Notes: generated from the sequence alone by a model not told the origin. DNA of 64,000 bases from Candidatus Obscuribacteraceae bacterium (GCA_044226015.1 JBGAHS010000005.1:384001-448000); one strand, 5' to 3'; shown: positions 50,210 to 60,875, numbered from the stretch's first letter. A program made the numbers and translations.

Positions 50210-50506
50210 TTAAGTGGTATGTTCAAGCAAGTCTTTCACTACTTCGAGCTGAAATAGAGTGCTAATGTCTGTACAACAGTCTCTCACTCGCTTTCCTGCT
50301 GGAGTTGAAGATGGTTCCAGTGTTTCCCATTGTTCCTTAGACTTCCATTGAGCGTAGCCTACATATTTGCCGTCCGAGTTGCGGTGAAGGCGAGAACCGA
50401 GTGACTTATACGTTTCTTTGATTTCGATAGTTCTTTCTGTCCATGCCTCTTCAAATTCTTGTTCTTTGCCAGGTATGACTGAGAATGTATAAAACGCGAT
50501 GAACAT
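50210..50506 (-). CDS. Antibiotic biosynthesis monooxygenase-like small protein
   Basis: F.V.PGKEQEFEEAW...GSRLH...YAQW. Confidence 0.8.
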   Translation of the reverse strand: MFIAFYTFSVIPGKEQEFEEAWTERTIEIKETYKSLGSRLHRNSDGKYVGYAQWKSKEQWETLEPSSTPAGKRVRDCCTDISTLFQLEVVKDLLEHTT

Positions 50507-50516
50507 CTGTTCTCCC

Positions 50517-51818
50517 CTACTTTTTGTAGACCTTGCCTTCTTTCATGACGAACGTAATTCTTTCCAGTTGGTGAATATCGGTTAACGGGTCTCCATCAAC
50601 TGCCACCAGATCAGCAAATTTTCCAGGACTGATTGAGCCTATGTCCTTTGGCTTTCCAATGAGATCCGCCGACCAAATTGTTGCAGATTGGATTGCTTGC
50701 ATGGGGGACAGTCCATACTTGACCATGTAGGGAAACTGTTTTGCATTCCACCCATGTGGAAAGACTCCAGCATCGGTTCCAAAGGCGATTTTTACACCTG
50801 CCTTCACTGCGCGAGCAAAGTTCTCTCGCTGAATGCGCCCGAGGTCTGACTCATGTTGTTGGAAGTCTTGAGGAATACCTTTGTCTTTCCCCTCTCCAAG
50901 AATGTAGTCATCATCGTAGATGTCAGCCACCAGATAAGTGTTGTTCTTCTTCATGAGTTCGATGCCCTCATCATCAAGGTATGTTCCATGCTCGATAGAG
51001 CTGGCACCAGCTTTGATGGCGTCCTTTATTCCTCGGGCGCTATGGGCGTGTGCTGCAACCTTTAAGCCAAACTTGTTAGCCTCATCGACTGCCGCGTTAA
51101 TCTCTTCTGCTGTAAATTCAGTGGCTGACGGGTTGCTTCCATGAGTAAGAACGGCTCCGGTGGCAATTACTTTAATATGGTCTACTCCGGCATTGGCAAG
51201 GCTTCTAATGCGTTTCCTTACTGTCCATGGGTCGTCTGCCTCTCCGAAATGAAGATCCCAGGGCAGCTGTATGTCTGGTGCTATGCCGGTTACGGCGCCA
51301 CCACCTTTGGTGACGGTTATGTATGCTCCTGCGACGTACATGCGAGGACCAACAACGTCTCCCCTATTTATTGCATCGCGAAGTGCTATGTCGACTAGTG
51401 CTCTATAGCATCCCACATCTCTTACTGTGGTAAAGCCTGCTTCTAAGGTATTCCTGGCGTTTGGAATCGACTCAAATGCTCGCTGGGCTGCTGATTTTTG
51501 GAGTTCCGCCAGAGGGTCAGGGTCAGCTGAGCCAACAAGGTGTGTGTGGCAGTCGATAAGACCGGGTAGCACAGTCTTCTTAGAAAGATCGAGAAGCTCG
51601 GCGTCCGGCGGTGCCTTGAATCCATCACTCAATGCTTTGATTCGCCCGTCTTCTATCAATATTGTTTGATTTTGGAGAACCCTTCCTTGTTCAACATCGA
51701 TTAGTCTTCCGGCTTTGACCGCGATGGTTTTTGCCATCGATGGCGCGGTGAACAGGAACGGAACAACAAGTACACATGTGATAGAAATGAGTATTCTTAA
51801 TTTCTTGTCGAAATGCAC
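50517..51818 (-). CDS. Amidohydrolase family protein (Xaa-Pro dipeptidase-like), exported
   Basis: PGLIDCHTH, GFTTVRDVG, AAHAH, SIEHG, FGTDAG. GTG 51818 with AGAGGT RBS. Confidence 0.9.
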   Translation of the reverse strand: MHFDKKLRILISITCVLVVPFLFTAPSMAKTIAVKAGRLIDVEQGRVLQNQTILIEDGRIKALSDGFKAPPDAELLDLSKKTVLPGLIDCHTHLVGSADPDPLAELQKSAAQRAFESIPNARNTLEAGFTTVRDVGCYRALVDIALRDAINRGDVVGPRMYVAGAYITVTKGGGAVTGIAPDIQLPWDLHFGEADDPWTVRKRIRSLANAGVDHIKVIATGAVLTHGSNPSATEFTAEEINAAVDEANKFGLKVAAHAHSARGIKDAIKAGASSIEHGTYLDDEGIELMKKNNTYLVADIYDDDYILGEGKDKGIPQDFQQHESDLGRIQRENFARAVKAGVKIAFGTDAGVFPHGWNAKQFPYMVKYGLSPMQAIQSATIWSADLIGKPKDIGSISPGKFADLVAVDGDPLTDIHQLERITFVMKEGKVYKK

Positions 51819-52040
51819 GTATAGACCTCTTTTATCCGAACGAAAGAAGGCGTTTATTCCTTCCAAGCTCTGTCGCGTCCCACATCGTCTAGCCTTCAGC
51901 ATGACAATCTCAGAAACGCTCGACGCCATTCTAGCATCTGCAAATCTTGCTTCATTGAGACAAAAAATCAATAATATATTCAGACCCACTTCAAGCCTGT
52001 TTGCTAATGCGACAATAGAGCTGAATTTGGGGGAGAAGAT

Positions 52041-53882
52041 ATGAAGTCTTTTGTAAACAAGCATTTGGGAATTTGTCTTAGCTTGAGCCTGCTCTCTTAT
52101 TGTGCGGCTCAATCACAAGCGGCAGTGAGCGAAACTTCGAAGGACTCTCCTGCATTTGCAAGACTCGCAGATCAATTTATGAAGGATTCACTGGCGCTGG
52201 TTCCGTCAACTGCATCGCAAGCCGGCTATCACAAGCACGTTGATAAGGCTGGAAAAGAAATTGAACTGGACGCAGTTTTAGATGATGTAAGCTCTGTTGC
52301 TTATGCAAAACAAAAGACTTTTTATGAAGAATGGCAACAACGACTTCGCAAGGACGCACCTCTAGCCAGTCTTTCCGAAGAAGATGCCGCAGATTGGCGC
52401 TTAATTGATGACCAAATTTCGCTCTCTTTGCTTGAGTTGGACAAAATTCAAAATTATCGGCATAACCCTGCGTTGGTTGTTGAGATGATCGGAAGTGCGC
52501 TGTTTCAGCCACTGACGGAAGATTATGCCCCCAAAGAGAAGCGACTCTCGCACATCATTTCGCGCATTGGGCAAATCCCGAGAGCACTGTCAGATGTGAA
52601 AACGTATCTGAGCAATTCCAATGAGGTATATGTTAAGTCTGCAATCGACGAGAATGATGGAAATATCGAGCTGATTGAAAACACTATCAAAGCAGAGATT
52701 CTGCCCGGTTCAGCTCAGATGCTCGAATATGATAAGGTTGCACCATTAGCGGTGGCAGCTCTAAAGGATTATAAGAAGTGGTTAGAAACCTATCTATCTA
52801 AGCAGCCTTGCGATAGAAGTTGGAGATTGGGCGACAAGCTGTACCAAGAAAAATTTAGATATGTTATGGAGTCAGATCATTCCCCTGCGCAAGTACTTGC
52901 TGATGCTGAAAGTGATCTCAAATCTGTACGAGCTGAGATGCTTAAATTAGCTTTGCCTATGCATAAGAAAATGTATCCTGAACATTCTGAACATTCAGAT
53001 TTGAAAGAGCACGCAAAAGAGAATCAAATAATTGGCGAAGTCCTGAAGAAAATTTCGGATGAACATCCAAAGCGAGAGGACTTACAAAAGGCTATTGAGG
53101 CTGATCTGGAAGGCATTAAGGCTTTTATACGAGAAAAGAAAATAGTGGCACTCAGTGACCGAGATAATCTCAAGGTTGTTCCAACCCCTGTTTTTCAGCG
53201 AGCAGTTCTTTCTGTTGCGGCATTCCACAGCGCACCTGCGCTGAATCCCAAAGCTGAGGCTCAATACTGGGTAACGCCAATCGATAGCTCAGTTAGCAAT
53301 GAAAGAGCGGAATCCAAACTTCGTGAATATAACAACTTTACTCTCAAGTGGTTAACTATTCACGAGGCACTGCCTGGTCATTACATTCAGTTTGAACACT
53401 TGAATGATCTGAAGCCTGAGTGGCGTAGACTGTTGCGTTCTCTCTGTGGAAACGGAGCCTACATCGAAGGATGGGCTGAGTACATAGCTCAAGTTATGAT
53501 GGATGAAGGCTATATGGCGGATGACCCGCGTTTCCGCATGATAATGAAAAAGATTCGCTTGCGCTTGCTCTGCAACGCAATCTTAGACATCAAAATGCAC
53601 ACGCAAAACATGTCTGACAAAGAAGCGCTTGATTTGATGATGGTTGATGGATTCCAAACTCAAGCTGAGGCTGAGGGCAAATTGCGCCGTGCGCAACTGA
53701 CGTCGACACAGTTGCCAACCTACTATGTTGGTGTGCGTGAATGGCTTTCTTTCAGGAAGAAATATCAGGCTGCCGCTGGCGGAAAATTCGATATGTTGAA
53801 TTTTCACAACATGGCGCTCGATGAGGGACCACTATCGGTACCTGCTGTCGAGAAGATCATGATGGATCGTTTGAAGCACTAA
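52041..53882 (+). CDS. DUF885 family protein (metallopeptidase-like), secreted
   Basis: HEALPGH, EGWAEY, Q..TYYVG, FH...L..G; signal peptide. Confidence 0.88.
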   Translation: MKSFVNKHLGICLSLSLLSYCAAQSQAAVSETSKDSPAFARLADQFMKDSLALVPSTASQAGYHKHVDKAGKEIELDAVLDDVSSVAYAKQKTFYEEWQQRLRKDAPLASLSEEDAADWRLIDDQISLSLLELDKIQNYRHNPALVVEMIGSALFQPLTEDYAPKEKRLSHIISRIGQIPRALSDVKTYLSNSNEVYVKSAIDENDGNIELIENTIKAEILPGSAQMLEYDKVAPLAVAALKDYKKWLETYLSKQPCDRSWRLGDKLYQEKFRYVMESDHSPAQVLADAESDLKSVRAEMLKLALPMHKKMYPEHSEHSDLKEHAKENQIIGEVLKKISDEHPKREDLQKAIEADLEGIKAFIREKKIVALSDRDNLKVVPTPVFQRAVLSVAAFHSAPALNPKAEAQYWVTPIDSSVSNERAESKLREYNNFTLKWLTIHEALPGHYIQFEHLNDLKPEWRRLLRSLCGNGAYIEGWAEYIAQVMMDEGYMADDPRFRMIMKKIRLRLLCNAILDIKMHTQNMSDKEALDLMMVDGFQTQAEAEGKLRRAQLTSTQLPTYYVGVREWLSFRKKYQAAAGGKFDMLNFHNMALDEGPLSVPAVEKIMMDRLKH

Positions 53883-53889
53883 CTACTTG

Positions 53890-56370
53890 CTAGTAGAAGA
53901 GTAGGCGGCTTCCAGCAAGGTCTCCGCTATCAACATGTTCAATCTTATACTTGAAATTCTTGAATTGCGCGTCACCGCATTTCTTGTCGGCTGTGTAGCC
54001 GCAGAAGTCTAGCCATGGACCTGGGTAGGCAGCTATATAGATGGACTGCTCGCCTTCGGCCAATAACTTCGCCGGCATAGTGTCTTGGATGACAAAATGG
54101 CTCCAGCTTGCTTTGTTGTAGGGGACGTTTTGTGGTGCCATGTTCAGTACCACTGCCGGGCTTTGTTTGCCTGGCTGAAGTGCCACCACTACTTCAGCTT
54201 TACCATCGTTCTTTCCGACGACATCGCCTTCAACTGTCACCTTCAACCAGCCTGTTTTTGGCAGGCTTGGTAGTTTCGCTACAGCACCTGTGCTTCGAGC
54301 CGCTTTCATATTTACGCGGTTCACTCTAATGCCATCTACAGTTGGGTCTTGAACGTATAAATCAAAATCCTTTGAGACTAAGGACTTTTCGCAAATCTGC
54401 AGTTTTGTCTGTTTGCTTTCGGAGATTGAGTCCCCTTTGTTTGGATTGATGGCAAAGACAAGCCTTATTCGCAGCGACTCTTTCACTGGTTTTCCATCGA
54501 CAATTGAAATGGTTTTGACATTACCAGTTTTGATTGGACTGGGTACTCTCAAGTCAAAGCTGCTATCTGAATTGCAAAGACTGTTTACTGAGAAGTAATT
54601 GACTGCGAGCATATTTCTTTCTGGGTTGAGATCAGCAAATATCCGGCACAGCTCGGCATTGCCTGCGCTCAGCACTATTGAGTTTTCCCCTTCGAGGTTC
54701 AGATAATCAAATGGTATTGATGCTGCTCTCCAGTGCCTGAATTGATCAGTTGAAATTCCAGCAGGATAGCCTAGCGACCTGAGTTCGAAAGATTGCTTGT
54801 ACAGCTCTGACTCAAATGATCGTATGTGCTGAAGCTGAGGAAGTCTGTGTCCGTTTATGCTCAGTACGCCTTTCTCGATTGCGTCATCGCCATCAACGAG
54901 TACGAGTACGTCGGAATATCTTTCCCTCTCGAACGGAATATTTGCGAGGTCAATCTTCTTTTCGACCATCTTGCCTGGAGCAAGCGTGATGGTGCTTTCT
55001 GATTGTTCAAACAATGGAGATAGAGAAGTTCCCTTTGCCAGTAATACTACTAATAGTGCTGATATTCCGACAAGTGGCAAGGTGCCGCGAACTTGTTCTC
55101 TGTTTATCAGGCGTGAAAATATCAGCGAGCCGAAAATCAAAAAGAAAGGCATCGCAGTCATGCCATATCGAGCAGCTGGAGTAAAGAGAATGTAGCAAAA
55201 GTGCGTGGCAATCAAAATCAAGCTAGCATAAGCTGCAACCTGCTGTGGAAGCTCGTGAAACTTCTTGCGTTGCGCTAAGAATGCAAAAATTCCGCTCAAG
55301 CCGAGAATCAAAAGCAATTGTTGCCAGATGTTTTGTGATTGCGGGCTCAGCCCGAAAAAACTCTGTCTGAAATCATTTGCCTGGCGGGTCCACAGAGAGG
55401 ATAGTTTCACCGTAGCCATGCGCACACAATCAAGAGTATGGAACTCCCATTGAGATAAAGGAAACGCATACGGAGATTGATCGTCTTTGCTGAACATTGT
55501 GGTAAGTGGTGGTGCTGGTGATACCAGGCAGCCATCCACCTCTGAGTCCGAACCCATGGCAAGATTGAAAGCAGGGAATCGATTTGCTGTTATTTTTGCC
55601 TGCCCTGTCATCACTTTTGTGTATGCCATCCAAGGAGCAAGCGCAAGAAGAATTCCAAGTCCTGCAATCAGGAAATGCTTCTTTGAAAAACGCAGTTGCA
55701 AGAGTGTTGCTAATGCTGCAGCCGGTAATAAAGCCGGTTTTAACAATGCCACCACACCAGCCAGTATGCCCGCGATTGCTGATCTTAGAACTCGTTTTGA
55801 GCTCACGAGTGAAGTTACAAACAATAGTGTGAAGAGAATAACAGTTGTTTCAGTGTAAAGAATTCCAGACCAGAAAATTGCAGCCGGGTAAAATGCCCAT
55901 GCCAAGCCCGCGAATAAGGCAGCACTTCTTTTCTTGCTAAATACGTAACTTAGATTGAAAATCAACGTGGCTGATAACGCGTGCATAAATGATTGAATCA
56001 TTTCAATAGCACGGCAGTCCTGAATTCCTGGTGCATGTCCGAGCATGGCAAAAATCGAGGCGAAAATCGATGGGAACGCAGGACCATCGACAAGAATTGA
56101 TGTGAGGAAATCGGCGTCTGTTATGAGCTTGAGATCCAGTTTGCCGTGCAATGCGGAAAGCAAGAAATCTGTGATGCGGGCTGTGTCAAAAATGTATTGC
56201 CGCGCATCAAAGCATAGGGTCCGCTTTGGCCCATCAGCTGTGAAATGGAATACTACAGCGCAACACAGAGCCGAAAAGAAAACCAGCGCGGCACAACGCC
56301 ACTGTTCTTTTTTGAGGTTTTTTTCTGCTGCGGACTGCGAGTAGCTTTTGTCAGCTGAAATCGTTTGCAA
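53890..56370 (-). CDS. GT-C fold membrane glycosyltransferase (ArnT/GT39-like) with C-terminal soluble domain
   Basis: Many TM helices, FDARQY, YPAAIFWSGILYTE, LLKPA, ARY. Confidence 0.75.
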   Translation of the reverse strand: MQTISADKSYSQSAAEKNLKKEQWRCAALVFFSALCCAVVFHFTADGPKRTLCFDARQYIFDTARITDFLLSALHGKLDLKLITDADFLTSILVDGPAFPSIFASIFAMLGHAPGIQDCRAIEMIQSFMHALSATLIFNLSYVFSKKRSAALFAGLAWAFYPAAIFWSGILYTETTVILFTLLFVTSLVSSKRVLRSAIAGILAGVVALLKPALLPAAALATLLQLRFSKKHFLIAGLGILLALAPWMAYTKVMTGQAKITANRFPAFNLAMGSDSEVDGCLVSPAPPLTTMFSKDDQSPYAFPLSQWEFHTLDCVRMATVKLSSLWTRQANDFRQSFFGLSPQSQNIWQQLLLILGLSGIFAFLAQRKKFHELPQQVAAYASLILIATHFCYILFTPAARYGMTAMPFFLIFGSLIFSRLINREQVRGTLPLVGISALLVVLLAKGTSLSPLFEQSESTITLAPGKMVEKKIDLANIPFERERYSDVLVLVDGDDAIEKGVLSINGHRLPQLQHIRSFESELYKQSFELRSLGYPAGISTDQFRHWRAASIPFDYLNLEGENSIVLSAGNAELCRIFADLNPERNMLAVNYFSVNSLCNSDSSFDLRVPSPIKTGNVKTISIVDGKPVKESLRIRLVFAINPNKGDSISESKQTKLQICEKSLVSKDFDLYVQDPTVDGIRVNRVNMKAARSTGAVAKLPSLPKTGWLKVTVEGDVVGKNDGKAEVVVALQPGKQSPAVVLNMAPQNVPYNKASWSHFVIQDTMPAKLLAEGEQSIYIAAYPGPWLDFCGYTADKKCGDAQFKNFKYKIEHVDSGDLAGSRLLFY

Positions 56371-56527
56371 ATGCTTATTTCCCGGATAATCGGAATGATC
56401 TTACGGGATCTACTTGAAATCGTAATTAAGGCGGGATAATTCTTCTCGAAACATAAATCATGTGGCGCCAGCATGCAACGATCTCCGCGCGAAGCCTTCA
56501 GGGGTGCATATTCCCAGTCAAAACAAG

Positions 56528-56598
56528 AGGATGCCGGCGTTCCCAGTTCGGAATCCGGCATCCTGCTTAAGCTAAGTTTAGTGTTAGCGCTCCCAGGG
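56528..56598. repeat. REP-like palindromic element
   Basis: AGGATGCCGG...CCGGCATCCT inverted repeat. AGGATGCCGGCGTTCCCAG matches 41469-41487 at 17 of 19 positions. GCGCTCCCAGG at 56587. Confidence 0.5.
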
Positions 56599-56743
56599 TT
56601 CTGGGTCGTCGTAGTCGTAGGTAGGTATTGAAATTGGATTGGAGCCATCTCATGGCTGCTAAAACTACGAATAAATAAGACAAAGCTGTTTAGATAAACC
56701 AGAATTAGCTTTGGATGCTCAGAAATTTCGTTAATTCTAGTTA

Positions 56744-58096
56744 TTAGTGGTTCAGTTTACGCGCTGCCTCTTTCAATTTTGAGATTGGAATACTGACTGG
56801 CATCATTGTTCCGTCCGGTCCTTTTAGTTCGAGCTTAACTTTGTCGTTTTCGACGGTTACTTTTGTAGGAACGATTGTTGTCTCCAATTTTCCTATTTGC
56901 ACATTTGCTTTGATGCCAGATATCTTTTCAAGACTAACGGAGTCTTTTTCCTGGTTGAGGCTGGCTGACAAGCTCTTTTCGAGGTCCAGGGACTTGACGG
57001 TTACTGGTATCTTGATCAAGGCATTTTCGTCTGGCTTCGGAGTGAAGTTCAGTTCCACATGCTTTGTTCCTTTCGCTTCCGTGCTGACATCGAATGTGGT
57101 GCCATTTCTCTTGATGCCCATTTTTGAGATATCTTCTGTGCCTTGAAATAGGCGCATCATACCTTCAACCTTTTTCAATGAATCAGGATGCTGCATCAGC
57201 GCCTTCATAGGACTGTTTTCAGGTAAGTGTTGCTCTCGCAAGGTTGTGGTGCTAGTGTGGATTCTGCGTCTCATGTGTAAATCAGAGGTGGTGTTTATGA
57301 ATCCTCCTTGAGCATCTTTTCCAACAAACATAGAACCTGTTTCGCTATGGCGAAGGCGTCCGAGCGGACCCTGCACGGTTCCAGAGAAGCCCTCCATGTT
57401 CGAGATGGAAAAGCCGTTCTGCTGTGGTTTTAAGTCAAAAGATAGATGTGAATCGAGGTGAGTTTGAATTGGTCTGAAACCGCGAACCGAAATATTTGGT
57501 GCCGCTGCGTTTTGCGCTTGCATCAGGTTAATATCGACATGGCTGGAGCCGTTGTTTACAGTAACAGTCGCATCTCTAAGATTGTCCAGCTTTTTAAGTG
57601 CTTCTTTGATTTCAGAGACTGGAGAGGTCGAATCTGTAATTCTGTTGACGATATTGCTTGCGATTTCCTTTTGTTGAAAATCGCGTGGTTGTTGGTTCCT
57701 GCTTGCATCAACTGCTGATTTCCCGGCGGCGTCTTTTGTCGCAGTCACAGTGGGAGGTGATTTGATTTGAGCTTCGGGATTTGCTAACTGATGCGGCGGT
57801 TTCGTTTCTGCGGGCAGAACGTATATTTTGGGTTTGTCATCATCGGCTGATTTGGGTTTGCCTTTTTCGCCTGACTTGTCCGGAGCTTTCGTCTCCTCAG
57901 CTTTCTTTTCCTTGCTATCGAAGGTCTGCAACGATGGCAAACTTTGCGCCTCTGTGCTTTTCGGGGTCAGTGACTTGAAAAAGCCCTGTGCGTCGTTTAA
58001 TAGTTTGAATGCATCAAAGTTAGGACTTTTTTCTGAAGGAGAGTCTTGCGCTTTATCGCTTTCTTCGACCTTCGGGCTTTTTATGTCTTTGTCCAT
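56744..58096 (-). CDS. Hypothetical protein
   Basis: Long ORF with a disordered K/S/P-rich N-terminus and two similar beta-rich halves; likely ATG at 58096. Confidence 0.7.
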   Translation of the reverse strand: MDKDIKSPKVEESDKAQDSPSEKSPNFDAFKLLNDAQGFFKSLTPKSTEAQSLPSLQTFDSKEKKAEETKAPDKSGEKGKPKSADDDKPKIYVLPAETKPPHQLANPEAQIKSPPTVTATKDAAGKSAVDASRNQQPRDFQQKEIASNIVNRITDSTSPVSEIKEALKKLDNLRDATVTVNNGSSHVDINLMQAQNAAAPNISVRGFRPIQTHLDSHLSFDLKPQQNGFSISNMEGFSGTVQGPLGRLRHSETGSMFVGKDAQGGFINTTSDLHMRRRIHTSTTTLREQHLPENSPMKALMQHPDSLKKVEGMMRLFQGTEDISKMGIKRNGTTFDVSTEAKGTKHVELNFTPKPDENALIKIPVTVKSLDLEKSLSASLNQEKDSVSLEKISGIKANVQIGKLETTIVPTKVTVENDKVKLELKGPDGTMMPVSIPISKLKEAARKLNH

Positions 58097-58313
58097 GGGC
58101 GTCCCCTGAGCAAGTTGGAGTAATGCTATTTCCGAAGCCGCGCTTCGAGAATAGACCAACCGATCAGAAAAACCCGCCTTCCTGGGTTCATTATTGAACA
58201 GTAATGAAGGTTTGATCAATGTGGATTTGTGCAGTTCGAAAGATTAAACCGTGCAAGTGACGCTGAGCTTCCGAAATGGGAGAATGCTGCAATGGCAAAT
58301 TTGGGAGATAGAC

Positions 58314-59129
58314 ATGAATTGGCTTCGTAAACTCTGTTTTTTGGCGATTATCGCGTCGACTATGTCCGCCAATCTGATGGTCTGCGGAGCTGAATCATAC
58401 AAACCAATTATTGGAATAAACACTGATGTAGACGGTGAAAAGCCTGAAAAATCCTCGGTTAATTCGCAATATGTTGCCGCTGTAAGGAACGCAGGCGGAG
58501 TTCCAATTCTATTGCCCCCCTTATCTGCTCCTGAACTCGATGAAGTACTCACTCATCTTGATGGGGTTTTGATGATCGGTGGGGCTGACTATCCGCCCGA
58601 GCTGTATAAACAAGAACAACATAGCGCAGTTAGCTTGATGAAAAAGAGCCGCTCTGATTTCGATTTGCTGCTGGCCAAACGTGTACTCGGTGCAGATGAG
58701 CAAATTCCAGTGCTCGGAATTTGTGCAGGCTGCCAGGCTCTCAATATTGCGTCTGGTGGCTCGCTGCTTCAAGATATTCCAGCTCTAAAACCAGATTCGA
58801 AGGTTCAGCACTCAAGCCCAGAAGGCTGGAAGAAAGGTTTTAACACTCATGATGTGGAATTTGCAGATAAAAGCAAGTTGGGAAAGATTTTTGCTGCCAA
58901 AGGGCTGACCGTTGTTTCCTCGCACCATCAGTGTGTTGATTCTGCGGCAAAGGGTTTTCTTGTCACAGCGAAATCGCCAGACGGACTAACTGAAGGGATA
59001 GAACGTCAGGGTGACCGCTTTGTTGTTGGAGTGCAGTGGCATCCCGAAAGAGATTTTGAACATAATAAAGCACTCTTTGCCGAGCTGATTAAACAAGCTT
59101 CCGAGTATCATGAGAAGCGAACGAAATAG
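58314..59129 (+). CDS. Peptidase C26 / gamma-glutamyl-gamma-aminobutyrate hydrolase family protein
   Basis: KPIIGI, AGGVP, GGAD, PVLGICAGCQ, SSHHQ, GVQWHPE. GGGAG RBS before ATG 58314. Confidence 0.9.
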   Translation: MNWLRKLCFLAIIASTMSANLMVCGAESYKPIIGINTDVDGEKPEKSSVNSQYVAAVRNAGGVPILLPPLSAPELDEVLTHLDGVLMIGGADYPPELYKQEQHSAVSLMKKSRSDFDLLLAKRVLGADEQIPVLGICAGCQALNIASGGSLLQDIPALKPDSKVQHSSPEGWKKGFNTHDVEFADKSKLGKIFAAKGLTVVSSHHQCVDSAAKGFLVTAKSPDGLTEGIERQGDRFVVGVQWHPERDFEHNKALFAELIKQASEYHEKRTK

Positions 59130-59976
59130 CTCGGGCGATCGCGAATGCATCCCTCCCAATTTCAGGGAGCGCTTTGCTTGTGTAAGTTCAATTTTTCTCT
59201 CTGTCATGTGCATCATGTCAGTTCTGGTGCTGTCGCTGCCAGGTGTGTTGAAGCAGCGACAGGTTCTTGCCAGGCTGGGTGCTGAGCCTCCCGTGATGGT
59301 GTGGGTCTGGGAACGAGCAACTGAATTGAGCTGTATCGATCCACAATCGACAGGGGCTGCAGTCTTGATCTCTACCCTGACCCTGAAAGGGCGAGATATA
59401 ATCAATCGAGGTCGGCTTCAACCTTATGTCATTCCTGATAGTGCCTATAGACTGGCTGTTATTCGAATTGAGCTTGATCAGAGTGATCCACCGGTACTAT
59501 CTGTGGTGCAACGCGATGCGTTGTCCGCGCGTATTTTGCTTGCATTTGCGAAGGTGAAGGCAAATGGGCTGCAAATTGATTTTGATGCGAAATTGCGTGA
59601 ACGTGATTTCTATATGGGGTTGCTTCAAGTTCTCCGAGCAAAGTTAAATCCAGCGGTGCCTCTTTCGATGACAGCTTTATCTTCATGGTGCCTTGATGAT
59701 GTGTGGATTCGAAATTTGCCTGTCGATGAAGTGGTGCCTATGTTCTTCTCCATGGGTGCTGGCACAGAAGAAGGCAAGAAAAGATTGCTCACTGGAAAAA
59801 TTTCGAAAATACCCCAGCGATTAAGTATGGGTTTCTCTGTGGCTGACCGTGAGTTGTTTGAACGTGCGTCCAAGTTGAGTAAGAATGTGTTTTTATTCTC
59901 GTCACAGGGTTGGGGAAATAGCTCCAGTCGAATCGCCCTGAAGAGCCTCACACTGCGTATGAAAAGCCATCATTAG
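59110..59976 (+). CDS. DUF3142-like protein
   Basis: WVWER, GLQIDFDA..RER.FY, LSMTALSSWC, VDEVVPMFF. Confidence 0.75.
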   Translation: MRSERNSSGDRECIPPNFRERFACVSSIFLSVMCIMSVLVLSLPGVLKQRQVLARLGAEPPVMVWVWERATELSCIDPQSTGAAVLISTLTLKGRDIINRGRLQPYVIPDSAYRLAVIRIELDQSDPPVLSVVQRDALSARILLAFAKVKANGLQIDFDAKLRERDFYMGLLQVLRAKLNPAVPLSMTALSSWCLDDVWIRNLPVDEVVPMFFSMGAGTEEGKKRLLTGKISKIPQRLSMGFSVADRELFERASKLSKNVFLFSSQGWGNSSSRIALKSLTLRMKSHH

Positions 59977-60037
59977 CATCCGAGCCAGTGCTTGTTTCGG
60001 AATCGCGAGCGAACAACAGTTGTGCAAAACTTCTATT

Positions 60038-60580
60038 CTAGTGTGAGGATTTGCCAGCTGAGTGGGATTCGTGGGATGGCGATGATTTAGCCTCAGTGCC
60101 ATTGAGCTTTGTAGCATTGCCATTTTTCACAGGCGTTTGTTTAAGCTCCGCGTTTTGCTTAGGAGTCTTGTTGTCTGTTGCGCCAGACTTTGAATGTTCT
60201 TTATCGGCGTTGTGAATTATTTTTTCGATTTCCGATGGGTGCGCTTTTGCGTAAATCAAAAATGAGTGCAAGTCTCTGAGCCGTTTATCGTCATGGGCTA
60301 GGCTCGTGAATGGTGGCATTTTTCCATTCTTCCTTCCCAGAAATTCCTTCAGCTTGCTGAGGTCATCTGCAATCATGGAATTTTGAATTTCCTTTTCCGG
60401 GTTGACTAGATTGCGTCCAATCAAGTGGCAGATCTCGCAGTTGGTCATGTAGATTTTTTCGCCATGTTCAATGTCTATGGCTTCGTTTTTGCTGGGGCTG
60501 GCGATTGAGGTGAAAGGTGCGGCGAAAAGCAGTGCGGTTGTTGCTGCCAGTGTTATCCTCAAAACATTTTCGCTTGCCAT
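60038..60580 (-). CDS. Class I monoheme c-type cytochrome, c6-like
   Basis: Signal peptide, GEKIY..NCEICH..G.N.VNPEK, GKMPPF Met ligand; disordered tail. Confidence 0.85.
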   Translation of the reverse strand: MASENVLRITLAATTALLFAAPFTSIASPSKNEAIDIEHGEKIYMTNCEICHLIGRNLVNPEKEIQNSMIADDLSKLKEFLGRKNGKMPPFTSLAHDDKRLRDLHSFLIYAKAHPSEIEKIIHNADKEHSKSGATDNKTPKQNAELKQTPVKNGNATKLNGTEAKSSPSHESHSAGKSSH

Positions 60581-60875
60581 TGGAGTTCCTTTCGAAAGCA
60601 AATTCAGTCACTGTTCCAAGCATAAACTATTAGAAGATGCGGGACCACAAAGATAATTAAGTAGCTGTTAATTTTTGGCTAGCAACAGACTGCGACAACT
60701 ATGCTGAAAAAAACGAGGCAGTAAACAAGCTTATTTAACTTCGAAATTCTTATTTCCACAGAAGCAATTCTCCTCATCATAGTGTTTCACAAAACAGGGC
60801 TAAAATTCCCTGTTCAAGCCATTGTTACTAAACTTTCCCTGCTTTAATAGGCAGGTTGTTGTGGTGCTTCCTAAT

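Noticed and set aside
56253..56648. 131 aa minus-strand ORF
   Set aside because: It overlaps the glycosyltransferase start and crosses the REP-like element; no recognisable motif.
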